Source of the DNA: Actinomycetota bacterium | Lineage (GTDB): Bacteria > Actinomycetota > Acidimicrobiia > Acidimicrobiales > Ilumatobacteraceae | Assembly (NCBI GenBank): GCA_039796935.1 | Contig: JBDKIV010000240.1 | Coordinates: 14,376-78,375, forward strand | Direction: 5' to 3' | Length of the DNA stretch: 64,000 bases | Shown: in pieces, positions 12,343-20,824 of the stretch | Layout of the letters: each line of letters opens with the position of its first letter | Numbering within the stretch: position 1 is the first letter of the stretch | Translations under genes and position numbers: made by a program | The notes under the pieces: generated by a model | The model's database searches: none | Seen by the model: only the letters and a program-made list of their open reading frames with translations | Told to the model about the DNA's origin: nothing

Positions 12343-13725
12343 GTGGTCGCCGATCTGGCCCTCGCCTACCGGCAACTGGTCGAGACCAACGCCCAACTCG
12401 CCGAACTCGCCAGGCTCGCCGGCGTCGATCCGCTCACCGGTCTCCGAAACCGGCGCGGCATGGTCGAGTCCCTCGACGCAGCGATGGATGGGCGCGGCGA
12501 GCACGACCACATGAGCGTGCTGTACTGCGACCTCGACCGCTTCAAGCAGGTCAACGACCACCTCGGGCATCGTGGCGGCGACCGATTCCTCGGCGTGGTC
12601 GCAGAGCGGATCGCCAGTGCCGTCGGCGACGACGGTTCCTGCTGCCGCGTGGGCGGCGACGAGTTCGTCGTGGTGCTGCCGCATCTCGACGTCGACGCAG
12701 CCGCCGGCGTGGCTCGCCGCGTGGTCGAGGCCCTGGCGCGCCCGGTGGTGATCGACGGCCGTTCGATCCCCTCGTCGGCGAGCGTGGGTGTCGCGACCGC
12801 CCCCCAGCACGGACGGACGGGCACCGATGTCGGTCGCCACGCGAACACGGCCCTGTTCCACGCGAAGCGTGAGGGCCGGAACACCGTTGCGGTCTTCGAC
12901 CCGTCCATGCAGCGCAGGCACTCGGCGTCGCTGCACGCCGAGCACACGTTGCGACGGGCGATCGACTCGGGCGAGGTCATGCCGTTCTTCCAGCCCGAGA
13001 TCGATGTGCTCACCGGGTCGGTGATCGGCGCCGAACTCCTGGCCCGGTGGCTCCGTCCCGATGGTTCCATTGCCGCTGCCGCCGACTTCGTCGATCTGGC
13101 CGACCGGGCCGGCCTGCTCGACCGGCTGACCGAGCGGATGCTGGTGCAAGCCCGTCCCGACATCCGCCGCCTCCAACGCCTCGGTCTGCCCGAGGGGTTC
13201 AGGTTCCGGGTGAATCTCGGTCCGGCGTCGACCGATCGCACCTGGCGCGGCGGCAGCGCCGAGCAACTGGTGCGCGGGATCGACCCGGCGGTGATGACCG
13301 TCGACGTCCTCGAGACGATCGTGGCCGACGACCTGAGTGCTGCGGCGGCGACGTTCTCGTCGTTCCGCGAGGCGGGCGGTCGAGTCTGTCTCGACGACTT
13401 CGGCCGTGGAGTCACCTCGCTCAGCCTGCTCCGGCAGGTTCCCCTCGACGAGGTCCGCATCGACCGTCAGACCATCGACAGCGTCACCGCACATCCGCAC
13501 GACCGGGCGATCGTCCGGTCGATCATCGCCCTGGCGCGCGACCTCGGGCTCGACGTCAGCGCCGACGGGATCGAGACCGGGGCACAGTCGGACGTGCTCA
13601 CGGCGCTCGGCTGCACCCGCCAGCAGGGGCATCTCTACGCGGCGGCACTACCGATCGATCCGTTCGAATCGTTCCTGCTCGAGCGCGGGGCGACGACCCG
13701 GCCGGCGGCCACCCACTCGAACTGA
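12343..13725 (+). CDS. Diguanylate cyclase/phosphodiesterase (GGDEF-EAL) protein
   Basis: DPLTGLRNRR, RVGGDEFVV (GGDEF), then an EAL domain (FQPEID..GAELLARW, LDDFGRGVTSLSLL, GIETGAQ, QQGHLY). The start is uncertain: GTG 12343 is used, and the longest ORF starts at 12166. Confidence 0.8.
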   Translation: MVADLALAYRQLVETNAQLAELARLAGVDPLTGLRNRRGMVESLDAAMDGRGEHDHMSVLYCDLDRFKQVNDHLGHRGGDRFLGVVAERIASAVGDDGSCCRVGGDEFVVVLPHLDVDAAAGVARRVVEALARPVVIDGRSIPSSASVGVATAPQHGRTGTDVGRHANTALFHAKREGRNTVAVFDPSMQRRHSASLHAEHTLRRAIDSGEVMPFFQPEIDVLTGSVIGAELLARWLRPDGSIAAAADFVDLADRAGLLDRLTERMLVQARPDIRRLQRLGLPEGFRFRVNLGPASTDRTWRGGSAEQLVRGIDPAVMTVDVLETIVADDLSAAAATFSSFREAGGRVCLDDFGRGVTSLSLLRQVPLDEVRIDRQTIDSVTAHPHDRAIVRSIIALARDLGLDVSADGIETGAQSDVLTALGCTRQQGHLYAAALPIDPFESFLLERGATTRPAATHSN

Positions 13726-13747
13726 GCGCCCACTACCGTGCTCACGC

Positions 13748-14395
13748 ATGAACTCGTCGGAGACGGTGGTCCTGATCGCAGCGGTCGTCGCCGCCGTCAC
13801 GATGGTCGCCAACTGGTGGTCCCGGATCGTCGATGACCGCCGTGTCGAACTGCTGACCAAGCCGACGGCAACGGTCGCCATCGGGGTGGCCGGAGTGGTC
13901 GGCGCAGGAGATGCACCCGACACCGCCGTCGTGGCCGCCGTCATCGCCTTCGCCCTGTGTCTCGCCGGTGATGTCGCGCTGCTGCCCGCCGTCGACCGGT
14001 TCGTCATCGGCCTGGGCATGTTCTTGGCGGGCCATCTGGCGTTCGTCGTGATGTTCGTGGCGCTCGGGCTCGACCGGTGGTGGATGGCCGTCGCTGGCGC
14101 AGTGGTGACCGTGATGGGGGCAGGCCTGGTCGGACGGCGGATCATCGCCGGGGCGGTCGAGCGCGACCCGGGCCTTGCGTACCCGGTGCGCGCCTACCTG
14201 GCGATCATCTCGCTGATGGTCGTGGTGGGCTGGGGCACCGGCATCGCGGCGGCGTTCGTCGGCTCGGCGCTGTTCCTCCTGAGTGACTCGGTCCTCGGTT
14301 GGCGTCAGTTCGTCGGCGGCCGGCGGTGGATGGCTCCGGTCGTGATGATGACCTACCACGGTGCGCTGGTGGGGCTGGCGCTGAGCCTGCGATGA
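13748..14395 (+). CDS. YhhN-family (lysoplasmalogenase-like) membrane protein
   Basis: ATG 13748 within track ORF 13337..14395. About 7 TM helices. GDVALL and FLLSDSVLGW motifs typical of YhhN/TMEM86. Confidence 0.65.
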   Translation: MNSSETVVLIAAVVAAVTMVANWWSRIVDDRRVELLTKPTATVAIGVAGVVGAGDAPDTAVVAAVIAFALCLAGDVALLPAVDRFVIGLGMFLAGHLAFVVMFVALGLDRWWMAVAGAVVTVMGAGLVGRRIIAGAVERDPGLAYPVRAYLAIISLMVVVGWGTGIAAAFVGSALFLLSDSVLGWRQFVGGRRWMAPVVMMTYHGALVGLALSLR

Positions 14396-15654
14396 GCCGG
14401 TGGCATCGATGTTCGGCCCGGCGCGGCTGGTCGATCGCCGTCGTGATGATGCTCGCCGCGGCCTGTGCCGAGGTCGATCCGAGCGCGACGGTCTCGAACG
14501 GCACGACGCCCGGCACGACGCCGGGCACGACGGTGGCCGCGTCGACCAGCTCACCGGTGACGACGACCGCGACATCGTCGACCACCCCGACGACGGCCGC
14601 GTCGTCGTGGACGACTGTGACCACGACGACGGTCGCGACCAGCGCTCCCGCTGCACCGACGACGTCCACGGCGCCGTCACCGGTCGCCACGCCGTCGGTC
14701 GCCCCGGCGACGACCGCCAGACCGCTCGAGCCGGGGCCCTACCCTGCGCTGGCGGCAGCAACTGCCGAGTTGGCCGTCGGCAACATCGCCGTGTCGGTCA
14801 GCGTGCGCCGAGACGGCGCGACGCCCTTCGATCGAACCGTGGGTACGCGTCGCGATGGCCGCGCCGTCGATGCCGATTCGCCGTTCGTGATCGCCAGTGT
14901 CGGCAAGCTGTTGACGGCACTCGCCGTCGCGCGTCTGTCGACCGCCCGACGAATCGACGTCTCTGCCCCGGTTCCGTGGGAGGCGATGGGCCTCGTCCGG
15001 CACCCCGACTGGGACACGGTGACGGTGCGCGACCTGCTCGACCACTCGAGCGGGATGCCACCGAACCGGGGGGACTGGCTCGACGACCCGGCACCGTGCA
15101 GCGTTCCCCTCACCACGGCGATGGCTGCACCGCCGACCGACACGAGGGGCCGGTGGCGGTACTCGAACGGCAACTACTGCGCCCTCGGTCTGCTCGTCGA
15201 GCACGTCACGGGGCAGCGGCTCGATGCTGCCACCGATGCGTTGGTCTTCCAGCGGGCCGGCGTCACCGGCCCGTATCTGGCCCGCGACGGTGACCGACCC
15301 GACAGCGCCCCCTATGCGAAGGGCACGGCACGCCTGCTCCGCCTCGGCGGTGCCGGCGAGTGGCTCGCCTCGACGACGGACATCGCCGACGTGCTGGCCG
15401 ACGTGACCGACGACGACCTCGTCACGATGCGTTGGCCCGGAATCTTCCGCGACCAGTACGGCTGGGGTCACACGGGGACGCTCGACGGCGCCAAGGCGTG
15501 CGCATGGGTGCTCGAGGCAGGCCGCACCGTCCTGGCTGCTGCGGTGTCGGGCGAGACACCCCGCACCGGGGGCGGGGTGTGCGACCGATTGCTGCCCGCT
15601 CTCGCCGCAGATCTCGGCATGTGGGCCGGTGAACCGGTCCGCGTGCCGCTGTGA
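14392..15654 (+). CDS. Serine hydrolase (beta-lactamase/DD-peptidase fold) lipoprotein
   Basis: ATGA overlap with the YhhN stop. Signal plus lipobox LAAAC, a long Thr/Pro linker, the SxxK motif IASVGKLLTA, and YSNGNY (YxN). Confidence 0.75.
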   Translation: MSRWHRCSARRGWSIAVVMMLAAACAEVDPSATVSNGTTPGTTPGTTVAASTSSPVTTTATSSTTPTTAASSWTTVTTTTVATSAPAAPTTSTAPSPVATPSVAPATTARPLEPGPYPALAAATAELAVGNIAVSVSVRRDGATPFDRTVGTRRDGRAVDADSPFVIASVGKLLTALAVARLSTARRIDVSAPVPWEAMGLVRHPDWDTVTVRDLLDHSSGMPPNRGDWLDDPAPCSVPLTTAMAAPPTDTRGRWRYSNGNYCALGLLVEHVTGQRLDAATDALVFQRAGVTGPYLARDGDRPDSAPYAKGTARLLRLGGAGEWLASTTDIADVLADVTDDDLVTMRWPGIFRDQYGWGHTGTLDGAKACAWVLEAGRTVLAAAVSGETPRTGGGVCDRLLPALAADLGMWAGEPVRVPL

Positions 15655-15682
15655 CGGCCAGTTCGTGCTGAACTCGCGGTTC

Positions 15683-16582
15683 ATGTCGCACCAGCCGTCG
15701 CCGACCTCCACGACCGTCACGCTCACCGGCACCGGGGTGCCCCACCCGTCACCGGGCCGAGCGGGGGCCGGCGTCCTCGTCCGTCGTGGCGACGTGGCGC
15801 TGCAGTTCGACGCAGGGCGCGGCACCGTCATCAGGCTCGCCGAGGCGGGCACACCGCCACCGTTGCTGACGGCGGTGTTCATCACGCACGTGCACAGCGA
15901 TCACCTGGTCGGTCTGCCCGACCTGGCGATGACCCGGTGGGTGCAGCAACAACTCCACCGGAGCGGTCCCCTGGTCGTGTATGCGGTCGAGGGGGTGGCT
16001 GCTCGGTTCGTGCGGCGGATGCTCGAGCCGTTCGACGACGACATCGCCGCCCGGATGGAACACGTGGGGGCCGACCACCCCGAGGTCGACCTGCGGACCT
16101 TCGCCGTGCCGGTCGAACCGGTCGAGGTGTGGCGTTCCGACGATGGTTCGGTCGTGGTCGAATCGGTGGCCGTCCGGCACGAGCCCGTCCCGGAAGCGGT
16201 GGCATTCCGGGTGACCACCCCCGAGGGAGTCGTGGTCATCTCGGGCGACACCCGCGTGTGCGCCGAGGTCGAGGCGTTCGCCGCACGAGCCGATGTGCTC
16301 GTCCACGAGGCGTGCCGGACCACGGCGATGAGCGCCGCCATCGGCGGCACGGTGTTCGAGACCATCTTCAGCTATCACGCCGACTCGGTCCCACTGGGCG
16401 CAATGGCCGAGCGTGCGGGGGTGAAGCACCTGATGCTGACGCACCTGATCCCCCAGCCGACGAAGCCGGACGAGGAGGCGGCGTTCGAACGCGACGTCCG
16501 TCGGGGTGGCTACACCGGCCAGGTCAGCGTCGGACGCGACCTGATGACCGTCACCCTCGGTGACGCCACGGATGGGCAGTAG
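15683..16582 (+). CDS. MBL-fold metallo-hydrolase (RNase Z/ElaC-like)
   Basis: ATG 15683 (MSHQPSPT). ITHVHSDHLVGLPDL (HxHxDH motif) and a C-terminal LTHL. Confidence 0.75.
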   Translation: MSHQPSPTSTTVTLTGTGVPHPSPGRAGAGVLVRRGDVALQFDAGRGTVIRLAEAGTPPPLLTAVFITHVHSDHLVGLPDLAMTRWVQQQLHRSGPLVVYAVEGVAARFVRRMLEPFDDDIAARMEHVGADHPEVDLRTFAVPVEPVEVWRSDDGSVVVESVAVRHEPVPEAVAFRVTTPEGVVVISGDTRVCAEVEAFAARADVLVHEACRTTAMSAAIGGTVFETIFSYHADSVPLGAMAERAGVKHLMLTHLIPQPTKPDEEAAFERDVRRGGYTGQVSVGRDLMTVTLGDATDGQ

Positions 16583-16744
16583 CGGCGATCGTCACCTCTG
16601 TCCAGGCGCCCAGGGAACGTCGGTGGCGAGCATGCACCGTGTGCGACCATGACCCGTTCCTGGGTCACACGGTCCATGTCCGGGTCGAGTGCGGGCCTGA
16701 CGAATTCACCCGTTGGGGGACGGAACGCTTGATCAAACCTTTAC

Positions 16745-16750
16745 TAGATT
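16745..16750 (+). promoter_or_regulatory. Possible -10 hexamer TAGATT 7 nt upstream of the TetR ATG (leaderless transcript candidate)
   Basis: Lies in the only clearly AT-rich stretch of the window (cttgatcaaacctttactagatttttcttcATG), which also contains the perfect palindrome TTGATCAA (16729-16736). Confidence 0.3.
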
Positions 16751-16757
16751 TTTCTTC

Positions 16758-17432
16758 ATGCTTCAGGATCCGGAGAGTCGAACCGGTCGACGGCGTGCCC
16801 CGATGCGCCATCGAGACACCCACAGCCGCGAGGAGATCCTCGAGCGGACGATCCAGATCATCGAACACCATGGCGAGGCGGCGGTCCGGGTGAAGGACCT
16901 CTGCGACGAGGTCGGTGTCGCAGTCACGTCCCTCTATCACTTCTTCGACAACCGCGAGGGGCTGATCGAAGCCGCGCAGGTCGAGCGGTATGAGCGCGAG
17001 TTGCGACGTGCTGCCGACGACATCACCGACCACATCTCGGCGTGCCGCACCCAGCGCGAGTTCCGCTCGCTCGTCAGGCGCCTGCTCGACATGCTCTGCG
17101 CGCACGAGCGTGCCGGTGCTCGACTCAACCGCATCAACGTGATCGGCAGCGTGCAGGGCCGGCCCGACCTCGAACGACGCATCGGCGCAGCGCAGACCGC
17201 GTTCCATCACGACCTCGCCGCAGCACTCGAACTGCCGCAACAGCGCGGCTGGATTCGCCGCGACCTCGACCTCGCCGCCCTCACCGCATGGTTCTTCGGT
17301 CAGATCACGAGCCGAATCCTCATCGAGATCGGCGACTCCGACATCGACGGGCGGGCATGGAACCGGATGGCCACCGAAGCCATCACCGCCGTGATGTTCG
17401 GCGAGGTTCGCAGCATCCGGTCTGCCGCCTGA
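16758..17432 (+). CDS. TetR/AcrR family transcriptional regulator
   Basis: N-terminal HTH EEILERTIQIIEHHGEAAVRVKDLCDEVGVAVTSLYHFFDNREGL. Start at ATG 16758, or at 16803. Confidence 0.85.
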   Translation: MLQDPESRTGRRRAPMRHRDTHSREEILERTIQIIEHHGEAAVRVKDLCDEVGVAVTSLYHFFDNREGLIEAAQVERYERELRRAADDITDHISACRTQREFRSLVRRLLDMLCAHERAGARLNRINVIGSVQGRPDLERRIGAAQTAFHHDLAAALELPQQRGWIRRDLDLAALTAWFFGQITSRILIEIGDSDIDGRAWNRMATEAITAVMFGEVRSIRSAA

Positions 17433-17478
17433 CCGCACCGGCACCGGAACACACCGGCCCCGGCATCATCGGCAGGCG

Positions 17479-18468
17479 TCAGTCCGGCTCGCCGCCTTCC
17501 GACTCGGTCGGGACGTCCGCATCGTCGTCGCCGAGCATCGGCACGCGCCACAGCGCATCGGCGGCCACACGCTGCAGTGTGTCTGCTTGCGCGCCGGTGA
17601 GCGGCTGGGCGGTACGCACCTCGACCTGCATCATCGGCTCGCTACCCGGCTCGGTCCGCACCGCGGCCTTCACGTCGTCGACCAGCACCAGACCGGTGAG
17701 CCTGCGGTCGCCGGCGGCCTGAGCCAGCGCGAACGCCACCGCATCGGCCGCCGCCTGCTCGCTGTGGACGCCCTCGTCGATGTGGGTCGGGAGCGGAACG
17801 TCGAGCGAGGTGGTGACCGGCCGTTGTGACAGGTTGCGGACCCGCGTGAGCTCGCCGTTCGACACGTGGAAGGTCGACCCCTCAGAGCTGAGTCGGGTGC
17901 TGAAGGCGCCGACGTGCTCGACGACCCCGTCGATCTGGGTGCCGGTGGACGTCTCGAAGGCCACCCGGTCGCCCACACCAAGACGGTCCTCGACCAAGAT
18001 CCCGATGCCGGAGATGAAGTCCCGGACGGCGTGCTGACCACCGATCGCCAGGCCGGCACCGATGAACCCGGCGCTGGTGAGGACCGGCACGAGATCGACC
18101 TGCATGACGTGCAACACCACGATGACGGCAGTCACCCATGCGAACAGGGCGATGAAGTGCGCGACCATCCGGCTCATCGCATCGATGCGCTGGCGGCGGC
18201 GCTTCTCGGCGAGCTCCGGTGTCTCACCGAACACTCGCTGGACTCGCGTCCTCCAGAACGACGACGACGCCGGCTGCAGCACGCTGCGATCGGCGACCCG
18301 ACGGACCGAGCGGTGGACGACGCTGCGCATGATGCGAACGAACAACCAGGTGACGATGACGACGCCGATGGCGATGGCCGGCCTGGTCAGCAGCACGTCG
18401 ACGGCCTCGCCAGCCGTGACGTCGTCGACGATCGCAGTGCTGTCCGGTGGTGGGGCTACGGCACGCAT
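17479..18468 (-). CDS. Mechanosensitive ion channel, MscS family
   Basis: TM3-like AGFIGAGLAIGGQHAVRDFISGIGILVEDRLGVGDRV followed by a beta-domain. Confidence 0.8.
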   Translation of the reverse strand: MRAVAPPPDSTAIVDDVTAGEAVDVLLTRPAIAIGVVIVTWLFVRIMRSVVHRSVRRVADRSVLQPASSSFWRTRVQRVFGETPELAEKRRRQRIDAMSRMVAHFIALFAWVTAVIVVLHVMQVDLVPVLTSAGFIGAGLAIGGQHAVRDFISGIGILVEDRLGVGDRVAFETSTGTQIDGVVEHVGAFSTRLSSEGSTFHVSNGELTRVRNLSQRPVTTSLDVPLPTHIDEGVHSEQAAADAVAFALAQAAGDRRLTGLVLVDDVKAAVRTEPGSEPMMQVEVRTAQPLTGAQADTLQRVAADALWRVPMLGDDDADVPTESEGGEPD

Positions 18469-18527
18469 TGCTCCATGGTGCCACCCGGACGGCCGTCGCC
18501 ATGATCAGGACCTGCAACGATGGAGTC

Positions 18528-19763
18528 ATGCGCTCCGGGGTGAGGGTGAGTACGGGACTTGCGCTCGTGGCCGGCCTCGCCGCCTGCAGCGCCTCGACGA
18601 CCGCACCGATGACGACCGCCACCGTTGCGCCGACCGTGTCGATCGCAGCCGCACCACCCCCACCACTGCCGCAGACCGATCGGGACGGATCGGCGCCCAC
18701 CGCCGGTGACATCACCAGCACGACGATCGAGACGACCACCACCGTCGCCCCCGGGCCCGTGCGCCTCGTCCTCACCGGCGAAGTGCTGATGCACTCACCG
18801 CTGTGGGCGCAGGCCCGCACGAACGGTGGCGGCGACACGCACGACTTCGCCCCGATGTTCGAACACATCCGGCCCCTCGTCGAGGGTGCCGACCTGGCGG
18901 TGTGCCATCTCGAGACTCCGATCGCGCCCCCGGGCGAGGCGTACTCGACCTCGCCGCTCTACGGAGTTCCGGCCGAGGTGGTCGACGGCATCGCCGCTGC
19001 AGGCTTCGACCACTGCTCGACGGCCAGCAACCACACCTTCGACCGCGGTGTCGCGGGCCTGGTCGCCACCGCCGACCGGTTCGACCAGGTGGGCGTCACC
19101 CAGCACGGCATGGCCCGGCAGCCCGCCGATGCCGCTCCGGTCCTCATCGACGTCGACGGACTCGTCATCGCTCACTTCGCAGCCACCTACGGATTCGACG
19201 CCGGACAGCGACCGAGGGACGAACCGTGGCGAAGTTCGCTGATCGACGCCGAGCAGATCGTCGCCGAGGCGACCGGTGCGCGCCGTCGTGGCGCGGAGTT
19301 CGTGGTGGTGTCGCTGCACTGGGGCAACTCGAACTCGCACCGGGTCTCCGAGCGGCAGCGAACGATCGCCGAGGTCGTCGCTGCGTCGGGTCAGGTCGAT
19401 CTCATCGTCGGGCACCACAGTCACCTCGTCCAGCCCGTCGAGCGGGTCGGCGACATGTGGGTGGCGTTCGGTCTCGGCAATCTGGTGTCGAACCTGCCGG
19501 TCCCGACCGGGATCTGGACCGAAGCCAGCCGGGACGGCGCGGTCATCGAGGTGACGGTCGAGCGCAACGCCGACGACACCGAGGTCGCCATCGCCCCGCC
19601 GGTCGTTCGGGCGGTCTGGGTCGATCGCGAGGCGGGATGGGTGGTTCGCGATGTCGTCAGCGCACTCCGCGATCCCGAACTGAACGCACGACTCGGCGAT
19701 CAGTTGGTGACCTCCCTACGACGGACGACCGATGTCATGGGCGCTGCCGTCGCGCAGCCCTGA
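18528..19763 (+). CDS. CapA-family (poly-gamma-glutamate synthesis/metallophosphatase-like) lipoprotein
   Basis: ATG 18528 preceded by GGAG. Lipobox LAAC. LTGEVLMH, CHLETP, NHTFD and HWGNS motifs typical of the CapA/PGA_cap family. Confidence 0.7.
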   Translation: MRSGVRVSTGLALVAGLAACSASTTAPMTTATVAPTVSIAAAPPPPLPQTDRDGSAPTAGDITSTTIETTTTVAPGPVRLVLTGEVLMHSPLWAQARTNGGGDTHDFAPMFEHIRPLVEGADLAVCHLETPIAPPGEAYSTSPLYGVPAEVVDGIAAAGFDHCSTASNHTFDRGVAGLVATADRFDQVGVTQHGMARQPADAAPVLIDVDGLVIAHFAATYGFDAGQRPRDEPWRSSLIDAEQIVAEATGARRRGAEFVVVSLHWGNSNSHRVSERQRTIAEVVAASGQVDLIVGHHSHLVQPVERVGDMWVAFGLGNLVSNLPVPTGIWTEASRDGAVIEVTVERNADDTEVAIAPPVVRAVWVDREAGWVVRDVVSALRDPELNARLGDQLVTSLRRTTDVMGAAVAQP

Positions 19764-19817
19764 TTTCGCCATCACGTCGACCCGTTCGGTGGGTCATCCG
19801 CGGTACGGTCGGCCACG

Positions 19818-20303
19818 ATGAACCGCCGCAGCTTCCTGTTCGCCGCCGCCGCCTCTGCGCTCGGCGGGTCAGCGGTCGTGGTCGGCTGCGCCTCGACCGA
19901 GACGGCCCCGCGCAGCGGACGCCTGCTCGACGGGGTCTCGCTCGAGGTCCATCGCGATCCTGGTTGAGGCTGCTGCGTCGAGTGGGTCGTGTACCTGCGT
20001 TCGCACGGTGCCTCGGTGAGCGACACCGAAGATGCCGACCGCGCGTCGCTGCGCGCCCGGATGGGGATCCCCGATTCGGTGGCGTCGTGCCACACCGCGC
20101 TGGTGGCCGGCTACGTGGTCGAGGGCCACGTCCCGGCGCCGGCGCTGCGCCGACTACTCGACGAAGGCCCGGACGTGGTGGGCCTGGCCCTGCCAGGCAT
20201 GCCGGGTGACTCGCCCGGCATGGGTGGTGACGAGACCACGTGGGCCGCGCAGGACGTCCTGGCGGTCATGGCTGACGGACGCCTCAGCCGCTTCGGGTAC
20301 TAG
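19818..20303 (+). CDS. CopG/DUF411-type periplasmic metal-binding lipoprotein with in-frame TGA (19965-19967) at the first Cys of the CxCC motif; candidate selenoprotein or nonsense pseudogene
   Basis: ATG 19818 gives a Tat-like signal MNRRSFLFAAAASALGGSAVVVGC..EVHRDPG, then TGA, then GCCVEWVVYLRSHG continuing in frame into track ORF 19989..20303 (SCHTALVAGYVVEGHVPA, LALPGMPGDSPGMGG). The whole length matches the DUF411 pattern. Confidence 0.6.
19982..19998 (+). other. Hand-folded hairpin GUGGGU-CGUGU-ACCUGC 15-31 nt after the UGA; possible SECIS-like element
   Basis: Six pairs including two G-U wobbles, with a pentaloop containing G. The position fits the bacterial SECIS window. Not validated by any folding tool. 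Confidence 0.2.
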
Positions 20304-20346
20304 ACGAGGGCGTGCTGTCACCCCGTCGACCGGTCGAACGAGCGGG

Positions 20347-20769
20347 TTAGACCGTCTTGACGATGTGGACGTCGCAGGGTGCGTGGTGGGCCACGGTGTT
20401 GGCCACGCTGCCGAGCACACGACCGATTCCCTGCATGCGGCGGTTGCCGACCACGATCATCCGTGCCTCGACCTCTCGGGCCCGTTCGATGAGGACATCG
20501 GCAGGCTTGCCGTCGCCGGCGCTCACCTCGATGTCGGACACGATCGCCCGAAGCCGCGCTGCGACATTGGTGGCGGTCTGCAGCGCGTCTTCGGCCGAGC
20601 CGATCACCCATCGCTCGCTGCCGATCTCGACCACCTCGACATCGTTGCGGTCGAATGCGCTGACGATGTCGAGTCGTGCGCCCAAGGCCGCGGCGAGCTC
20701 GGCCGCTTCGTGCGCCGCCTTCAGTGCCGTCTCGCTCGCGTCGACTCCGACCACGATCACGTTGGCCAT
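20347..20769 (-). CDS. Universal stress protein (UspA family)
   Basis: ATG 20769 preceded by GGGAGGG. MANVIVVGVDASE...MIVVGNRRMQGIGRVLGSVANTVAHHAPCDVHIV is the canonical USP ATP-binding tail. Confidence 0.85.
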   Translation of the reverse strand: MANVIVVGVDASETALKAAHEAAELAAALGARLDIVSAFDRNDVEVVEIGSERWVIGSAEDALQTATNVAARLRAIVSDIEVSAGDGKPADVLIERAREVEARMIVVGNRRMQGIGRVLGSVANTVAHHAPCDVHIVKTV

Positions 20770-20824
20770 GGATTTCCCTCCCCACGATCGGCACGATGCC
20801 GAACCGTCAGGGTAGACGGTGACG

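Noticed and set aside
20326-20337. Perfect palindrome TCGACCGGTCGA between the convergent DUF411 and USP genes, considered as a bidirectional terminator
   Set aside because: It has no loop nucleotides and no U-tract, and the stem is only 6 bp. This is insufficient to call a terminator.
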